From: a virus
Direction: 5' to 3' (one strand)
Virus record (IMG/VR): IMGVR_UViG_3300034630_000009
Location: 1 to 64,000 of that record
Length of the DNA: 64,000 bases
The notes beneath the pieces were generated by a model, which was given only the letters and a program-made list of their open reading frames with translations, had not been told where the DNA came from and did no database searches. A program made the translations under genes and the position numbers. Shown piece by piece: positions 38,951 to 47,834 of the stretch (the first letter of the stretch is position 1; every line of letters begins with the position of its first letter).

Positions 38951-39127
38951 TTACTCCTTTGGCGTTGGAGGCTGCATCTGATTTGCTTCCTTACCAATCA
39001 ATGGCACTTGCCAACCTGTAGCTTTCTGAAGCTCTTGATTAGCAGGTGCAATCAGCCCAGGTGTAAGGATGTTGGCAGCTACCCACAGCATGAAAAGGTA
39101 ATACAACCCGATCGCAGTTCTTGCCAT
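38951..39127 (-). CDS. 58-aa single-TM protein (absent from ORF track)
   Basis: Manual translation MARTAIGLYYLFMLWVAANILTPG...PKE*; start abuts upstream stop. Confidence 0.6.
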   Translation of the reverse strand: MARTAIGLYYLFMLWVAANILTPGLIAPANQELQKATGWQVPLIGKEANQMQPPTPKE

Positions 39128-39318
39128 CACTCCACCCCGTTCGGTGGCACCGGATTGCGGTTTTCAGCAGGGCGCGTTTGACCAGTCAAGATAAACGTGG
39201 CTACGTTCCACAACACTTTGACCGTGCCTGCCACATCCACCGACAGTTTCACCGTGCCCGATCCCATGAGGTTAAAAAGCAGCAACACAATCACCAACGT
39301 CCCGATCGTCTTACGCAT
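39127..39318 (-). CDS. Small membrane protein
   Basis: Hydrophobic N-terminus; coupled to neighbours. Confidence 0.6.
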   Translation of the reverse strand: MRKTIGTLVIVLLLFNLMGSGTVKLSVDVAGTVKVLWNVATFILTGQTRPAENRNPVPPNGVE

Positions 39319-40603
39319 GAGTCAATCCTCCAACTTTGTCTAATGCACCTTCCCAAACCTGTTTCACCCGTTGATATTTCGGGTCGTTGTTGCGTAGCTC
39401 TCTCAACCCACAAAGAGCCGCAATTTGTCGCAGCGGGCTTTTAATTTCTTTGGCGTTGAACTGTTCAGCCAGATGCTCAATCTCTGCCATCACAGACTCA
39501 CTGAACGTCTGCTGCGACCAAACCTCTAAAGGATCTGTTTCATCCACAGGCAGCTTAAGTTCAATGTTGCTCACGCTCAAATTAGGAATCAGTCGGATAC
39601 TGATCTCCTGGTTGATGCGCACCACACCCAACCGTCTTGCACCTAAACCTTGGATACCTTTAACCCGATCGATGATGCTGTTCACATCCTCCACTCCTAA
39701 CCGCCGCAACGGGTCAGCTTTCTGTGCTGAGGTGTTAAGCACGATCGTATTGAACGAGTCTTGCGCTGCCAATGACAGTCCTGTGTCGGTGACAGTCAGG
39801 TTTTGGATGCCGCAAATCACCTTGATCCGCTGCTTCAACCCTCGATTAATGACATTCTTAAACGCACTGATGAGAGCATTGGCTTCATCCTTGCCACGAC
39901 TCTTAGCCATGTCAGTTACAGCGATCAACTCGTCGATCGCCAATAGTCTTGGCTGCCAATTGCGGGCATGTGTTGGATCTTGGCTTGCCTCTGCCCGCCG
40001 ATCGACCTCTGCTGATTCGGCAATGATCGCATCCCGAATTTGCTCATACGTCGAACGGATGTAGCGATCGCGTGGCAGGTGAAACCACCAATTCGGTTCA
40101 CTGCCTTCATGGGCACTCCCATAATCGAGGTCACAGATGGTGACGTGCAGGTTGGGCTGGTGCTGAAAGTGGTGGGCTAGCTGCCACAACAAGAAAGTGG
40201 TCTTACCGTCACCAGACACACCGCACACCAACTGCGATCGACGACTAAAATCACCCAGCCACTCACCCTTAATCGATTCAGTCTCCAACCACGCTTGCAT
40301 GTTGGTACTGAGTTCCTTTTGCAGGTGCTTCACCTGAATCAGTTTGCGGGCTTCGCCAATGTCCGATCGCTGCAACCCATACACCTGGAATAGATGCTGC
40401 CAGCCTTCGGCAAACGTGTTAACTCCCAGTGCCAGCGCCTGAATGTAATCGCTATTATTCAGTTGCTCTTTGCGGTTTACGCCCACAGAGCCACCCAGCA
40501 GGGTCAGCCCTGCATAAAACCCGATCGGGCTACGAATGGTAGACATCACCAGTGCAGCACTACTTGCTAGCAGCAGGCTTGTTAGCGCTTTTGGTTGGTT
40601 CAT
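39311..40603 (-). CDS. Membrane-anchored FtsK/HerA-like P-loop ATPase
   Basis: N-terminal hydrophobic segments, GVSGDGKT, LLAIDE, RG.K..I.VI.GIQ. Confidence 0.8.
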   Translation of the reverse strand: MNQPKALTSLLLASSAALVMSTIRSPIGFYAGLTLLGGSVGVNRKEQLNNSDYIQALALGVNTFAEGWQHLFQVYGLQRSDIGEARKLIQVKHLQKELSTNMQAWLETESIKGEWLGDFSRRSQLVCGVSGDGKTTFLLWQLAHHFQHQPNLHVTICDLDYGSAHEGSEPNWWFHLPRDRYIRSTYEQIRDAIIAESAEVDRRAEASQDPTHARNWQPRLLAIDELIAVTDMAKSRGKDEANALISAFKNVINRGLKQRIKVICGIQNLTVTDTGLSLAAQDSFNTIVLNTSAQKADPLRRLGVEDVNSIIDRVKGIQGLGARRLGVVRINQEISIRLIPNLSVSNIELKLPVDETDPLEVWSQQTFSESVMAEIEHLAEQFNAKEIKSPLRQIAALCGLRELRNNDPKYQRVKQVWEGALDKVGGLTHA

Positions 40604-41261
40604 CAGCTTTTACTGGATTGAGAAAATTGGTACCGAGGATCAGAGAATACTGAGCGATCGCTTCATTTGCCGCGTCAAGATACTCTTTCGGCGCGATCGC
40701 TTTGTCGCTAACAGCTTCTCCTTTCTTGACCGCACGTAAGGCATGAAGGCAGGCTAATGAATCAATGAAGCGGTCTTTCAACACGGCGAACTGCTCAACA
40801 TCGCCCGATAGCGACCCATAACGCTTGGAGGCTTTGGCATAATCGCGGTACTGCTCAGCGTAAGTTTGCACTAACCAATACTCGGCATTGCTGCTCTTCT
40901 GCGCCTGTCGCTGAAACTGGTCGGCTCTGATCTTAATGAGCAACCCGAAATCACGATCACCTGTCGCAACGGCTTTATCCAGTGTGCTAATCAAGTCATC
41001 CATTGATGGTGAGTCAGTGGCAGGGGCTAGAGCTTGCCCATCCTTCTGCACCTGCCTCTGCACAGCAGCATCACGGACTGGTGTAGCTGGTGGGTTCTGG
41101 TGGGGTCGGGTAATCAGAGGCAACGCGATCGCGCCCACTACCACACCAAAGAACAACAGCTTACCTGCAAAGGTCGGCTTCCCTGGCGATGGGTTTGTCG
41201 AAGTTGGTGGGGTTGGTGTATGCCCATTTTGAGCGTTAAATTCTGGTGTGTCTGAAAGCAT
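40560..41261 (-). CDS. Single-pass membrane protein
   Basis: LLFFGVVVGAIALPLI followed by a helical domain. Confidence 0.7.
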   Translation of the reverse strand: MLSDTPEFNAQNGHTPTPPTSTNPSPGKPTFAGKLLFFGVVVGAIALPLITRPHQNPPATPVRDAAVQRQVQKDGQALAPATDSPSMDDLISTLDKAVATGDRDFGLLIKIRADQFQRQAQKSSNAEYWLVQTYAEQYRDYAKASKRYGSLSGDVEQFAVLKDRFIDSLACLHALRAVKKGEAVSDKAIAPKEYLDAANEAIAQYSLILGTNFLNPVKADEPTKSANKPAASK

Positions 41262-41350
41262 GGTATTTCCCCACTAAAACAGTTTTCGTCCCACCAAATC
41301 AACGCAAGAATCGGACTTTGAGGTCTGTCGCTGGTGGGTGGATGGGCTTT

Positions 41351-41773
41351 CTACGGATCGACTTTTTGATCCTCTCGCAGCGAAAGCAGGTTGCTTAAGC
41401 TGTCCAATTCAGCAGCAGTCAGGGTGCCGCGCTGCATTTGACGAGTGATAAATTTAGCCACTACCGCATCGTCATCGCGCTCTGGTATCGCTAGTGCAGT
41501 GGCTATGACTGCTGCGACAACAGACAAACCAGCAAACGGCGCAATGTGCGTCATCACCACACCCAGGAAGCGCTCACGCCCCTGCACGGTGGTGGCAGGA
41601 TAGTTCTCTAAATAGTGGTTGGTGGCAACGCCAGTAGCGAGAAAAGCGGCAAAACCACTAGCGATCGCGCTGCTCAGTGTCTTCAGGGTGAGGCGCTGTA
41701 AAACTTTTGAGTAAGGGTTGGGCATGGCTGATAGAGAGGGTATAGAGAACGCCGAAAAGGAAGGCGAGAGCAA
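41351..41773 (-). CDS. Two-TM membrane protein
   Basis: Two hydrophobic helices. Confidence 0.65.
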   Translation of the reverse strand: MLSPSFSAFSIPSLSAMPNPYSKVLQRLTLKTLSSAIASGFAAFLATGVATNHYLENYPATTVQGRERFLGVVMTHIAPFAGLSVVAAVIATALAIPERDDDAVVAKFITRQMQRGTLTAAELDSLSNLLSLREDQKVDP

Positions 41774-42313
41774 TCAATCCTGAGACTTTCCCAGGCTTTG
41801 TAACGCTGTTAAACCTTCGGTGAGGCTAACAGTCTCAGCATTTGTGGCAGTGTGCAACCTGTTAGTTTCCATCTGGTAGAGACGCGCTTCTAGCTCCAAC
41901 TTCTGACGCTTGGCTGCGATCGCAGCAGCGGCTTGCTTGGTCTGCTGCAATTTCTGTTCGCGCTGTTGAATGTCAACTGCCATTGAGGTTTCAAGCTGAT
42001 CAGCCGCATTGATGAACTGAGCGGCTAGAGCCAACGGATCTTCGTAGGTTTGCACCTCAGAGACTCGTAAACCTTCCAGGGTGTACGTTTGTGGCAACTG
42101 AGGAGCGCCTAAAACAATCTGATGGTTACCAACCTCTACGGTTACAGGGGAAGCCTCAACGACTGGCTTCAGGTCAAACTCATGCATGAGCATGTCAAGG
42201 TCAACAGGGTTAAGACCATCCGTGATGTCCAAATTCAACTCTTGACAACGACGGTGAACGGTCGTTTTAGAAAGCTTGTTGTCCCTGCAAAATTTGGTTA
42301 AAGATGTGTTCAT
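41774..42313 (-). CDS. HTH + coiled-coil protein
   Basis: SLTKFCRDNKLSKTTVHRRC HTH; long C-terminal coiled coil. Confidence 0.7.
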   Translation of the reverse strand: MNTSLTKFCRDNKLSKTTVHRRCQELNLDITDGLNPVDLDMLMHEFDLKPVVEASPVTVEVGNHQIVLGAPQLPQTYTLEGLRVSEVQTYEDPLALAAQFINAADQLETSMAVDIQQREQKLQQTKQAAAAIAAKRQKLELEARLYQMETNRLHTATNAETVSLTEGLTALQSLGKSQD

Positions 42314-42338
42314 TGGTCAAAAACCTCAAAGCCTTATG

Positions 42339-42423
42339 GGAACTGACTTGGAACAGGTCGGAACGGGTTGGAACACGATTCTTTCGTCAACACCTAGTTC
42401 CAATCGTGTTCCAAGGGCGTTCC
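42339..42423. promoter_or_regulatory. Helically phased inverted GGAAC/GTTCC array
   Basis: GGAAC at 42339, 42350, 42360, 42370; GTTCC at 42397, 42408, 42419. Confidence 0.7.
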
Positions 42424-42522
42424 ACGAATGAAATCACGGTAACACATTTATCCCCTTTGTGTTCCCTTAGTAGGGGTGAAATTAGGTAGATTAGTAGAAA
42501 TGTGTAGCAAAGGCGTAAGATT

Positions 42523-42783
42523 ATGACTGAAACATCCCCTACTAGCACCATTGACGATATGCCACCAACCGACGCGCAAAAGATGGAGCGGATCGACTTT
42601 GCCGTACCCAAACCGTTGCTTGATGAAGCGATCGCAATGGCAAAGGAAGATGGGTTTAAGCCCGCTGAATTTTTCCGGCAGGTATGGCTAGACGGGTTGT
42701 TCGCTTACGCAGAGAAAAGCAACAAAGTCTTAGTGAATCGCAAGCTTAGGCGACAAGCCACAGAGACGGATGAATCTAAATAG
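42523..42783 (+). CDS. Ribbon-helix-helix-like regulator
   Basis: ERIDFAVPKPLLDE..AKEDG..PAEFFR. Confidence 0.65.
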   Translation: MTETSPTSTIDDMPPTDAQKMERIDFAVPKPLLDEAIAMAKEDGFKPAEFFRQVWLDGLFAYAEKSNKVLVNRKLRRQATETDESK

Positions 42784-42876
42784 CCAACTAAAACCCCTGT
42801 CGTCACTGGCAAGGGTTTCTTGTATGCGGTAAGGGGCTTTACTGCGACGGCTTTGTGGAGTACCTTGGGTATACCT

Positions 42877-43065
42877 ATGCTTCAACCTGGATATACCCCT
42901 GAATTTAGAGCTGCGCGTAGAAACCTCCGTCGTGGGCTATGCCCCAACCTGGAGTTACTAGAGCACATCTATCAGCAAAACTGGGAAGACCATTTGGGGG
43001 AGTCTGAGAAAGTAGTGGCTAGAGAGTGCCTTCGGGAATATGGAGTAGCAGACCAATGGCTGTAG
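42877..43065 (+). CDS. Small hypothetical protein (cassette 1, gene A)
   Basis: ATG immediately after the repeated promoter-like element. Confidence 0.55.
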   Translation: MLQPGYTPEFRAARRNLRRGLCPNLELLEHIYQQNWEDHLGESEKVVARECLREYGVADQWL

Positions 43066-43370
43066 CAGTTGACCTGAGAGCGATCGATGCGTGGTTTGAC
43101 CAAGTGCAAGGCTGGACACCTGTGCAGGCTGTTACCAATGAAGGTGTGCCACTTCCAGCTAACGCCTTGCCCGTTGTCACCCTAGAGCAAGTAAAGACGA
43201 TCGCGTCTAAGTGCGAATGGGTTGAGATTGACGATATGTCTGACACCCCCTACGCCCAAAGCGGTTTTATGCATCCTGAAGGTATAAGCGTTGGCTGGGG
43301 TCACCCCGATGATGCCTTTAATGGCAAGGCTGGCACAGGGGTATTGTTCTTTAATGCCTATCGGTTTTAG
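43056..43370 (+). CDS. Hypothetical protein (cassette 1, gene B)
   Basis: GGAG RBS; overlaps gene A. Confidence 0.6.
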   Translation: MAVAVDLRAIDAWFDQVQGWTPVQAVTNEGVPLPANALPVVTLEQVKTIASKCEWVEIDDMSDTPYAQSGFMHPEGISVGWGHPDDAFNGKAGTGVLFFNAYRF

Positions 43371-43477
43371 CGAGCGATCGCTCTCCCGATCAAACCCGTC
43401 ATAAGGTGGCTTTACCGTGAAGGGTTTGTGGAGTACCTTAGGTATACCGATACCAGAACAGCCTGGAGCGATCGCGG

Positions 43478-43708
43478 ATGTTGACCGACCCGGAGCACTA
43501 CGAAGAGTGGTCTGATGAGGTTTGGGCTAAAACTCCTGAAGAGGCAGAAAAGCTTTGCCAATCCCTTGCTGGTCATGCTTTGACAGAGATCTTGCAAGTG
43601 ACCCAAAAAACCAAATCAGCTTCTCGAAACGGTACGTTCAAGTTTGTCTGTTGGTTCAAAACGGAGCAAGCATCTTATGACACTAGCGACAGCGACAGCA
43701 CCGATTGA
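43478..43708 (+). CDS. Hypothetical protein (cassette 2, gene A)
   Basis: Paralog of 47215-47436. Confidence 0.75.
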   Translation: MLTDPEHYEEWSDEVWAKTPEEAEKLCQSLAGHALTEILQVTQKTKSASRNGTFKFVCWFKTEQASYDTSDSDSTD

Positions 43709-44009
43709 GGGGCTTAAAGCTCTCTTTTACCCGCCCAAGCGTGGCGAGCACTGGCTTTCAATTAACCTGGCGTTAGTAGATGACGTAGCGGAAACATTTG
43801 CTGTTGCTAAAGGTCTGGGGTTTAAGCCCGAATTAGCGCAGATTTCTAGCCGTCAACGGGTAGAGCTTCATGCACTCCTTTTTTATGAACAGACCAACGG
43901 TGATCCGATGACTACGACGAATCTGGACGACAAAATTGACTATCTAGCCGACCAAATTAACCCGGCTGCCATTCGCCATCCTTATGGGGGAAGGCTTTTA
44001 CACACATAA
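43677..44009 (+). CDS. Hypothetical protein (cassette 2, gene B)
   Basis: Paralog of 47417-47722. Confidence 0.75.
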   Translation: MTLATATAPIEGLKALFYPPKRGEHWLSINLALVDDVAETFAVAKGLGFKPELAQISSRQRVELHALLFYEQTNGDPMTTTNLDDKIDYLADQINPAAIRHPYGGRLLHT

Positions 44010-44021
44010 CAGGAAAGCGGT

Positions 44022-44297
44022 ATGTCTGTGAACTTCACAATTGAGTTCGATGCTCAAGCGGAAGGCTATCAAGCCGAAGATATTGAGCAGTTGCTGAAGC
44101 AGATCTCTAAGAGCGCTGCCTGCCTCTCGACGGTAGTGATTTTGAAAAACGCTCACTACCTGACCACAAAAGCATTTTCTTTACTTCATGACTATCTGCA
44201 AAAGCACTCAACACGGGTACTGATGGTGCTCATCTCTAGCGATCGCTCTCGCATTTTCCCACCCTTGCTTGCACTTGTTGTAGAAACCCCTCTGTGA
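44022..44297 (+). CDS. Degenerate clamp-loader (DnaX/HolB-like) AAA+ fragment
   Basis: IEFDA..DIEQL..VVILKNAHYLTTKAFSLL..L. Confidence 0.55.
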   Translation: MSVNFTIEFDAQAEGYQAEDIEQLLKQISKSAACLSTVVILKNAHYLTTKAFSLLHDYLQKHSTRVLMVLISSDRSRIFPPLLALVVETPL

Positions 44298-44308
44298 GCC
44301 TCAACGCT

Positions 44309-44689
44309 ATGAGCAACCAGGCAGATTTAGTGACCAAAGATGAATTTGAAACGGTCAAGCAACTACTAGCAAGCGCTGCTCGGTATGCTGAGTCTTCACA
44401 TCAACGGCTGGATCAAGTCTCGATTCAACAGCAGCAGTCGGCTCAAGAAACGCGTGAACTGAGGGAGTCTCAGAAGCAGTCGGCTCAAGAAACGCGTGAA
44501 CTGAGAAAGTCTATCCGCGAACTAAGAGAAGCCCAAAAGCAGACCGATCAGCAGTTGCAGTCTTTCATTTTTGAAGCGCAGCGGCTCTTTACGCAGCAAG
44601 CCGCCAGCATTGAACAGCTTAAAGGCATGAATGAACGGCTGGATGGCGTACTGGCTTATCTCATCCGCAAAGAGCAACGAGGCGAATAG
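44309..44689 (+). CDS. Coiled-coil protein with a 42-bp-period internal duplication
   Basis: QSAQETRELR occurs twice. Confidence 0.7.
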   Translation: MSNQADLVTKDEFETVKQLLASAARYAESSHQRLDQVSIQQQQSAQETRELRESQKQSAQETRELRKSIRELREAQKQTDQQLQSFIFEAQRLFTQQAASIEQLKGMNERLDGVLAYLIRKEQRGE

Positions 44690-44855
44690 CCTTGCGTAGC
44701 GCTTAACTCATTCTTCCTTCAACCCTCGATCGCTACATCGAGGGCGACATTGACGGATTCCTCGACCAGTACCGCTAATTGCAAAGAATAGCGCTGCCAG
44801 TTAGAGTCGGCAGCGCTATAGTGATTTTGCAATTTCAACTCGTTCAATTCTACTT

Positions 44856-45209
44856 ATGGATACACAACCTAAAGAAATCGATCAATTCTTGTTCTTTTTC
44901 GTCAAAGGTGCCAACGAATTTGACCGACCAGTTACAGAAATTACCTTGAGTGTTCATGGTCTGCTGGTCACTGGTCAAATCATTGGCGCTGCTTTTTACG
45001 CCGAACAATTCAGTCAAGGCAAAGGCAAAGAGTCAGAACAAGCCTATGAACAGATCCGGCAAGACATCCTAGCGCAACAGGATTTGTATATTCACTTGCA
45101 AAATGCCAGGGTGCTGCTGAGTCGGGATTTCATTCCCACTGAAAGCACCGTTCTCTGGCGTGGAAGACTGGACGCGATCGACGGCTTTTTCTGGGGGCGT
45201 CTCGTCTAA
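44856..45209 (+). CDS. GvpU-like protein
   Basis: ITLSVHGLLVTGQII, YIHLQNARV, WRGRLDAIDGF. Confidence 0.65.
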   Translation: MDTQPKEIDQFLFFFVKGANEFDRPVTEITLSVHGLLVTGQIIGAAFYAEQFSQGKGKESEQAYEQIRQDILAQQDLYIHLQNARVLLSRDFIPTESTVLWRGRLDAIDGFFWGRLV

Positions 45210-45345
45210 AGCGCTGCGAGCTTGCAAAATCTCTGCCATCATTTTTAATGGCTGCATGTCTGGATGCATGACGACTTTCATAGGGCATAGCAAAGATAGC
45301 AACATCCCTACTATGCCCTAAGAGTTTGAGACAAACTATGCTTTT

Positions 45346-45376
45346 AACCCTCGATCGCTACATCGAGGGTTTCTTT
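45346..45376 (+). terminator. Terminator-like hairpin (copies at 44721-44744 and 48583-48613)
   Basis: AACCCTCGAT-cgctac-ATCGAGGGTT followed by TCTTT. Confidence 0.7.
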
Positions 45377-45473
45377 ATGGGCACCACATGCCGCACCACT
45401 GGTAGTTGCCCACTTCGGTAGCACGTCGCGATGATCCGTCAAGAATCACTGTGGCTTAAGCCCAGTGAGTATT

Positions 45474-47057
45474 TCAAGCCTCCACTGCTAAGGCGATCGC
45501 ACTTTCTACCAGATCCCAATCACTAGCAGGGTAAAGATTGATGGGTCGCACTTCACCGTTGATGATGCCGCCTCGCTGTTGAGGGCTAGAGCCGTGACGG
45601 TTGCGGTACATGCGGGCGGCTTGAATGCCTGCTTGTTGGATCTGGAAGGGAGAGAGCAATCTGCCATTGAGCTTGGCGTAGTCAGAGACAGTGAGCGGGT
45701 CAGGTTCGATGATGGGTCTGGTGGATGTGATGTCCTTCGTCAGGTCTTCCAGGTGCATCAATTGCACAGCGCGGGACAATTGACCCGTGAGGATATTTTT
45801 GAGCGTGGAGCCTTCGGGTAGTGCCTCAATCTCGGTCGCGGTGCGCGTCGCTTGTGCGATGCGATCGAGCACCAGCAGCTTTGGATCAAGCGCGGCGAGT
45901 GGGGGCGTTGGGGTTGAAGGTGGGGTTGCGACCGCTGGGGTCACGTCCACCGTAGTGGTCGCTGGCTCCAAAAAGGTTTCTGTCTCAGCCGGGGCGATCA
46001 GAGCTTCACTCTCGCTGGCAGCGATCGTCTTCTTGCCCAGTTGGTTGAGCGCTTGGTGGAGGGTGAGATTTTTCAGTGCGCCTTCAAGCTGGTCACGTCC
46101 TTCCCAAAGTTGCATGGCACGTTGGGCTTTACGCTCTTGGATGCCGCGTTGTTTGAGAAACGGTAGCCATTCGCCGTACTTACATACCTCTCGTTTGAGC
46201 AAGAGCTTTTCACCCAGTTCGAGGTAGAGCAGTAGGGCAGACTTGCCCGATCGCACGGCGACAGTTTCCGCTTCGACAGCACGCAGATAGAGTTCGCTGA
46301 TCTGATCGTCCAGGGAGAGGGCAGCGAGTTGAGGCAACAGACCCACTGTGGCGGTTAACTTTTGGGCTGGGTCAGATTTGGTGGTCATCGACGCTGCCAG
46401 GTAGGCAAGGGCGCGGGGTGTCCAGACAGTAAGGGTGTGAGCCTGATGCGAAAGACCGAGTTTGGTGCGGAGCGTTTTGGGTACTTTGCGCGTCTCCACG
46501 CCTAGCGTTTGCAGTGTTTCAGTGTGACGACGCTGGCAACCATACACAATGTGCAGCTCGACTTCGAGCCAGTCAGCGACGCCCTGGACGCTAGTTACTA
46601 AGTTGCCTTGCCATTTGACGAAGGGATGCGCGGGTTTGACCTGGAGGAGCGATCGCAGGAGAGCCAGGTCGGTTTGGAGGGGGGTGAGAGTAGGGGATGA
46701 GGGAGGAAGGGGTTTTAGTTGGGGGGCTTTGCCGTTAAGCTTCTGCTTGGCTTCGGAGAAGGCTTTGACCAACTTGAGCTTGCATTGCACTACTTGAGGT
46801 GTGTTGCGGCTCAGGGTCATCACGAAAAACGATTGATCTTCGTTGAGGAGGGCGTAACGCTCAGGACGACCGCCCTTACTACCTTCAAGGGGTTTCTCCG
46901 TTTCAAACGGAACAACCCCAAATGCTTGCTCTATCTGTACTTGGTGTTTCTGAATTGTTTCAAGGAAGTTGCTGTGATCAACGCCTAAACTTTCGGCAAT
47001 CAAACGGGAATCAACGACTAGGATGCTATCGTGTTCTGCGACTGATAAATTAGACAT
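45474..47057 (-). CDS. Rha-family antirepressor with DUF3102-like and further domains
   Basis: VVDSRLIAESLG..GGRPE.YALLNEDQ..MTLSRNT..KLKLVKAF; LGEKL..YGEWLPFL. Confidence 0.85.
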   Translation of the reverse strand: MSNLSVAEHDSILVVDSRLIAESLGVDHSNFLETIQKHQVQIEQAFGVVPFETEKPLEGSKGGRPERYALLNEDQSFFVMTLSRNTPQVVQCKLKLVKAFSEAKQKLNGKAPQLKPLPPSSPTLTPLQTDLALLRSLLQVKPAHPFVKWQGNLVTSVQGVADWLEVELHIVYGCQRRHTETLQTLGVETRKVPKTLRTKLGLSHQAHTLTVWTPRALAYLAASMTTKSDPAQKLTATVGLLPQLAALSLDDQISELYLRAVEAETVAVRSGKSALLLYLELGEKLLLKREVCKYGEWLPFLKQRGIQERKAQRAMQLWEGRDQLEGALKNLTLHQALNQLGKKTIAASESEALIAPAETETFLEPATTTVDVTPAVATPPSTPTPPLAALDPKLLVLDRIAQATRTATEIEALPEGSTLKNILTGQLSRAVQLMHLEDLTKDITSTRPIIEPDPLTVSDYAKLNGRLLSPFQIQQAGIQAARMYRNRHGSSPQQRGGIINGEVRPINLYPASDWDLVESAIALAVEA

Positions 47058-47214
47058 GGTTCTCCTTAGTGATATTGGGTGGACTAGGGCGATCGCAGCT
47101 TTGACCGGGTGCGATCGCTTCAAACTTTGAGCGGCACACTAATCAAATCCGTCATAGGTTGTTGTGACGGATTTGAGGTTATCTTTAGAAGAAGGACATA
47201 CAGGGCGATCGTTG

Positions 47215-47436
47215 ATGCTCCAAAATCCTGAAAGCTATGAGGAATGGGAAGAAACCGTTTGGGCAAAACATAAGGATGCAGCTTGTGTGTTGTGTCAGGC
47301 GATTGCGGCTGAGGCAACGCTAACAGCGGTCATTAACGTGACTCAGGAAACGAAGAAACTTAGCAAGAACGGTACTTATAGATTTGTTTGTCGGTTTAGA
47401 AGCGAGGTAAGCCCCAATGACAGTAGCAACACTTGA
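47215..47436 (+). CDS. Hypothetical protein (cassette 3, gene A)
   Basis: Paralog of 43478-43708. Confidence 0.75.
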   Translation: MLQNPESYEEWEETVWAKHKDAACVLCQAIAAEATLTAVINVTQETKKLSKNGTYRFVCRFRSEVSPNDSSNT

Positions 47437-47722
47437 GAGCGTCAAAACCTTTGCTTACATCCCAGCCAGAGGGCAACGCTTTCTCTCGGTCAATCTGGCG
47501 CTGGTTGATTTAAGTCAACTGAGTGACATCGCTAAAGCGCTTGGGTTTAAGCCAGAACTGGTACAAATGCAAGGCAAGTCTGGGACTCAAGTACACGCGC
47601 TTTTGTGGCAAGGGTCGATCGAGGATACGCCTGCTGATCTGGATGCACGAGTGGAGGTGCTGGCGGATCAGGTGAATACGGAAGCGATCCGCTATGCCAC
47701 TGGCGCTTGGACTAATCGCTGA
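47417..47722 (+). CDS. Hypothetical protein (cassette 3, gene B)
   Basis: Paralog of 43677-44009. Confidence 0.75.
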   Translation: MTVATLESVKTFAYIPARGQRFLSVNLALVDLSQLSDIAKALGFKPELVQMQGKSGTQVHALLWQGSIEDTPADLDARVEVLADQVNTEAIRYATGAWTNR

Positions 47723-47834
47723 GCTTCAAACTTTCATTACTTACACATCACCTCCTTACCAGAGCTTTATCAAAAGCTCGCGGATTTCCTCTGTTGACCG
47801 GGAACTCTTTAAACGAACTTATCCCGGTCAACCT

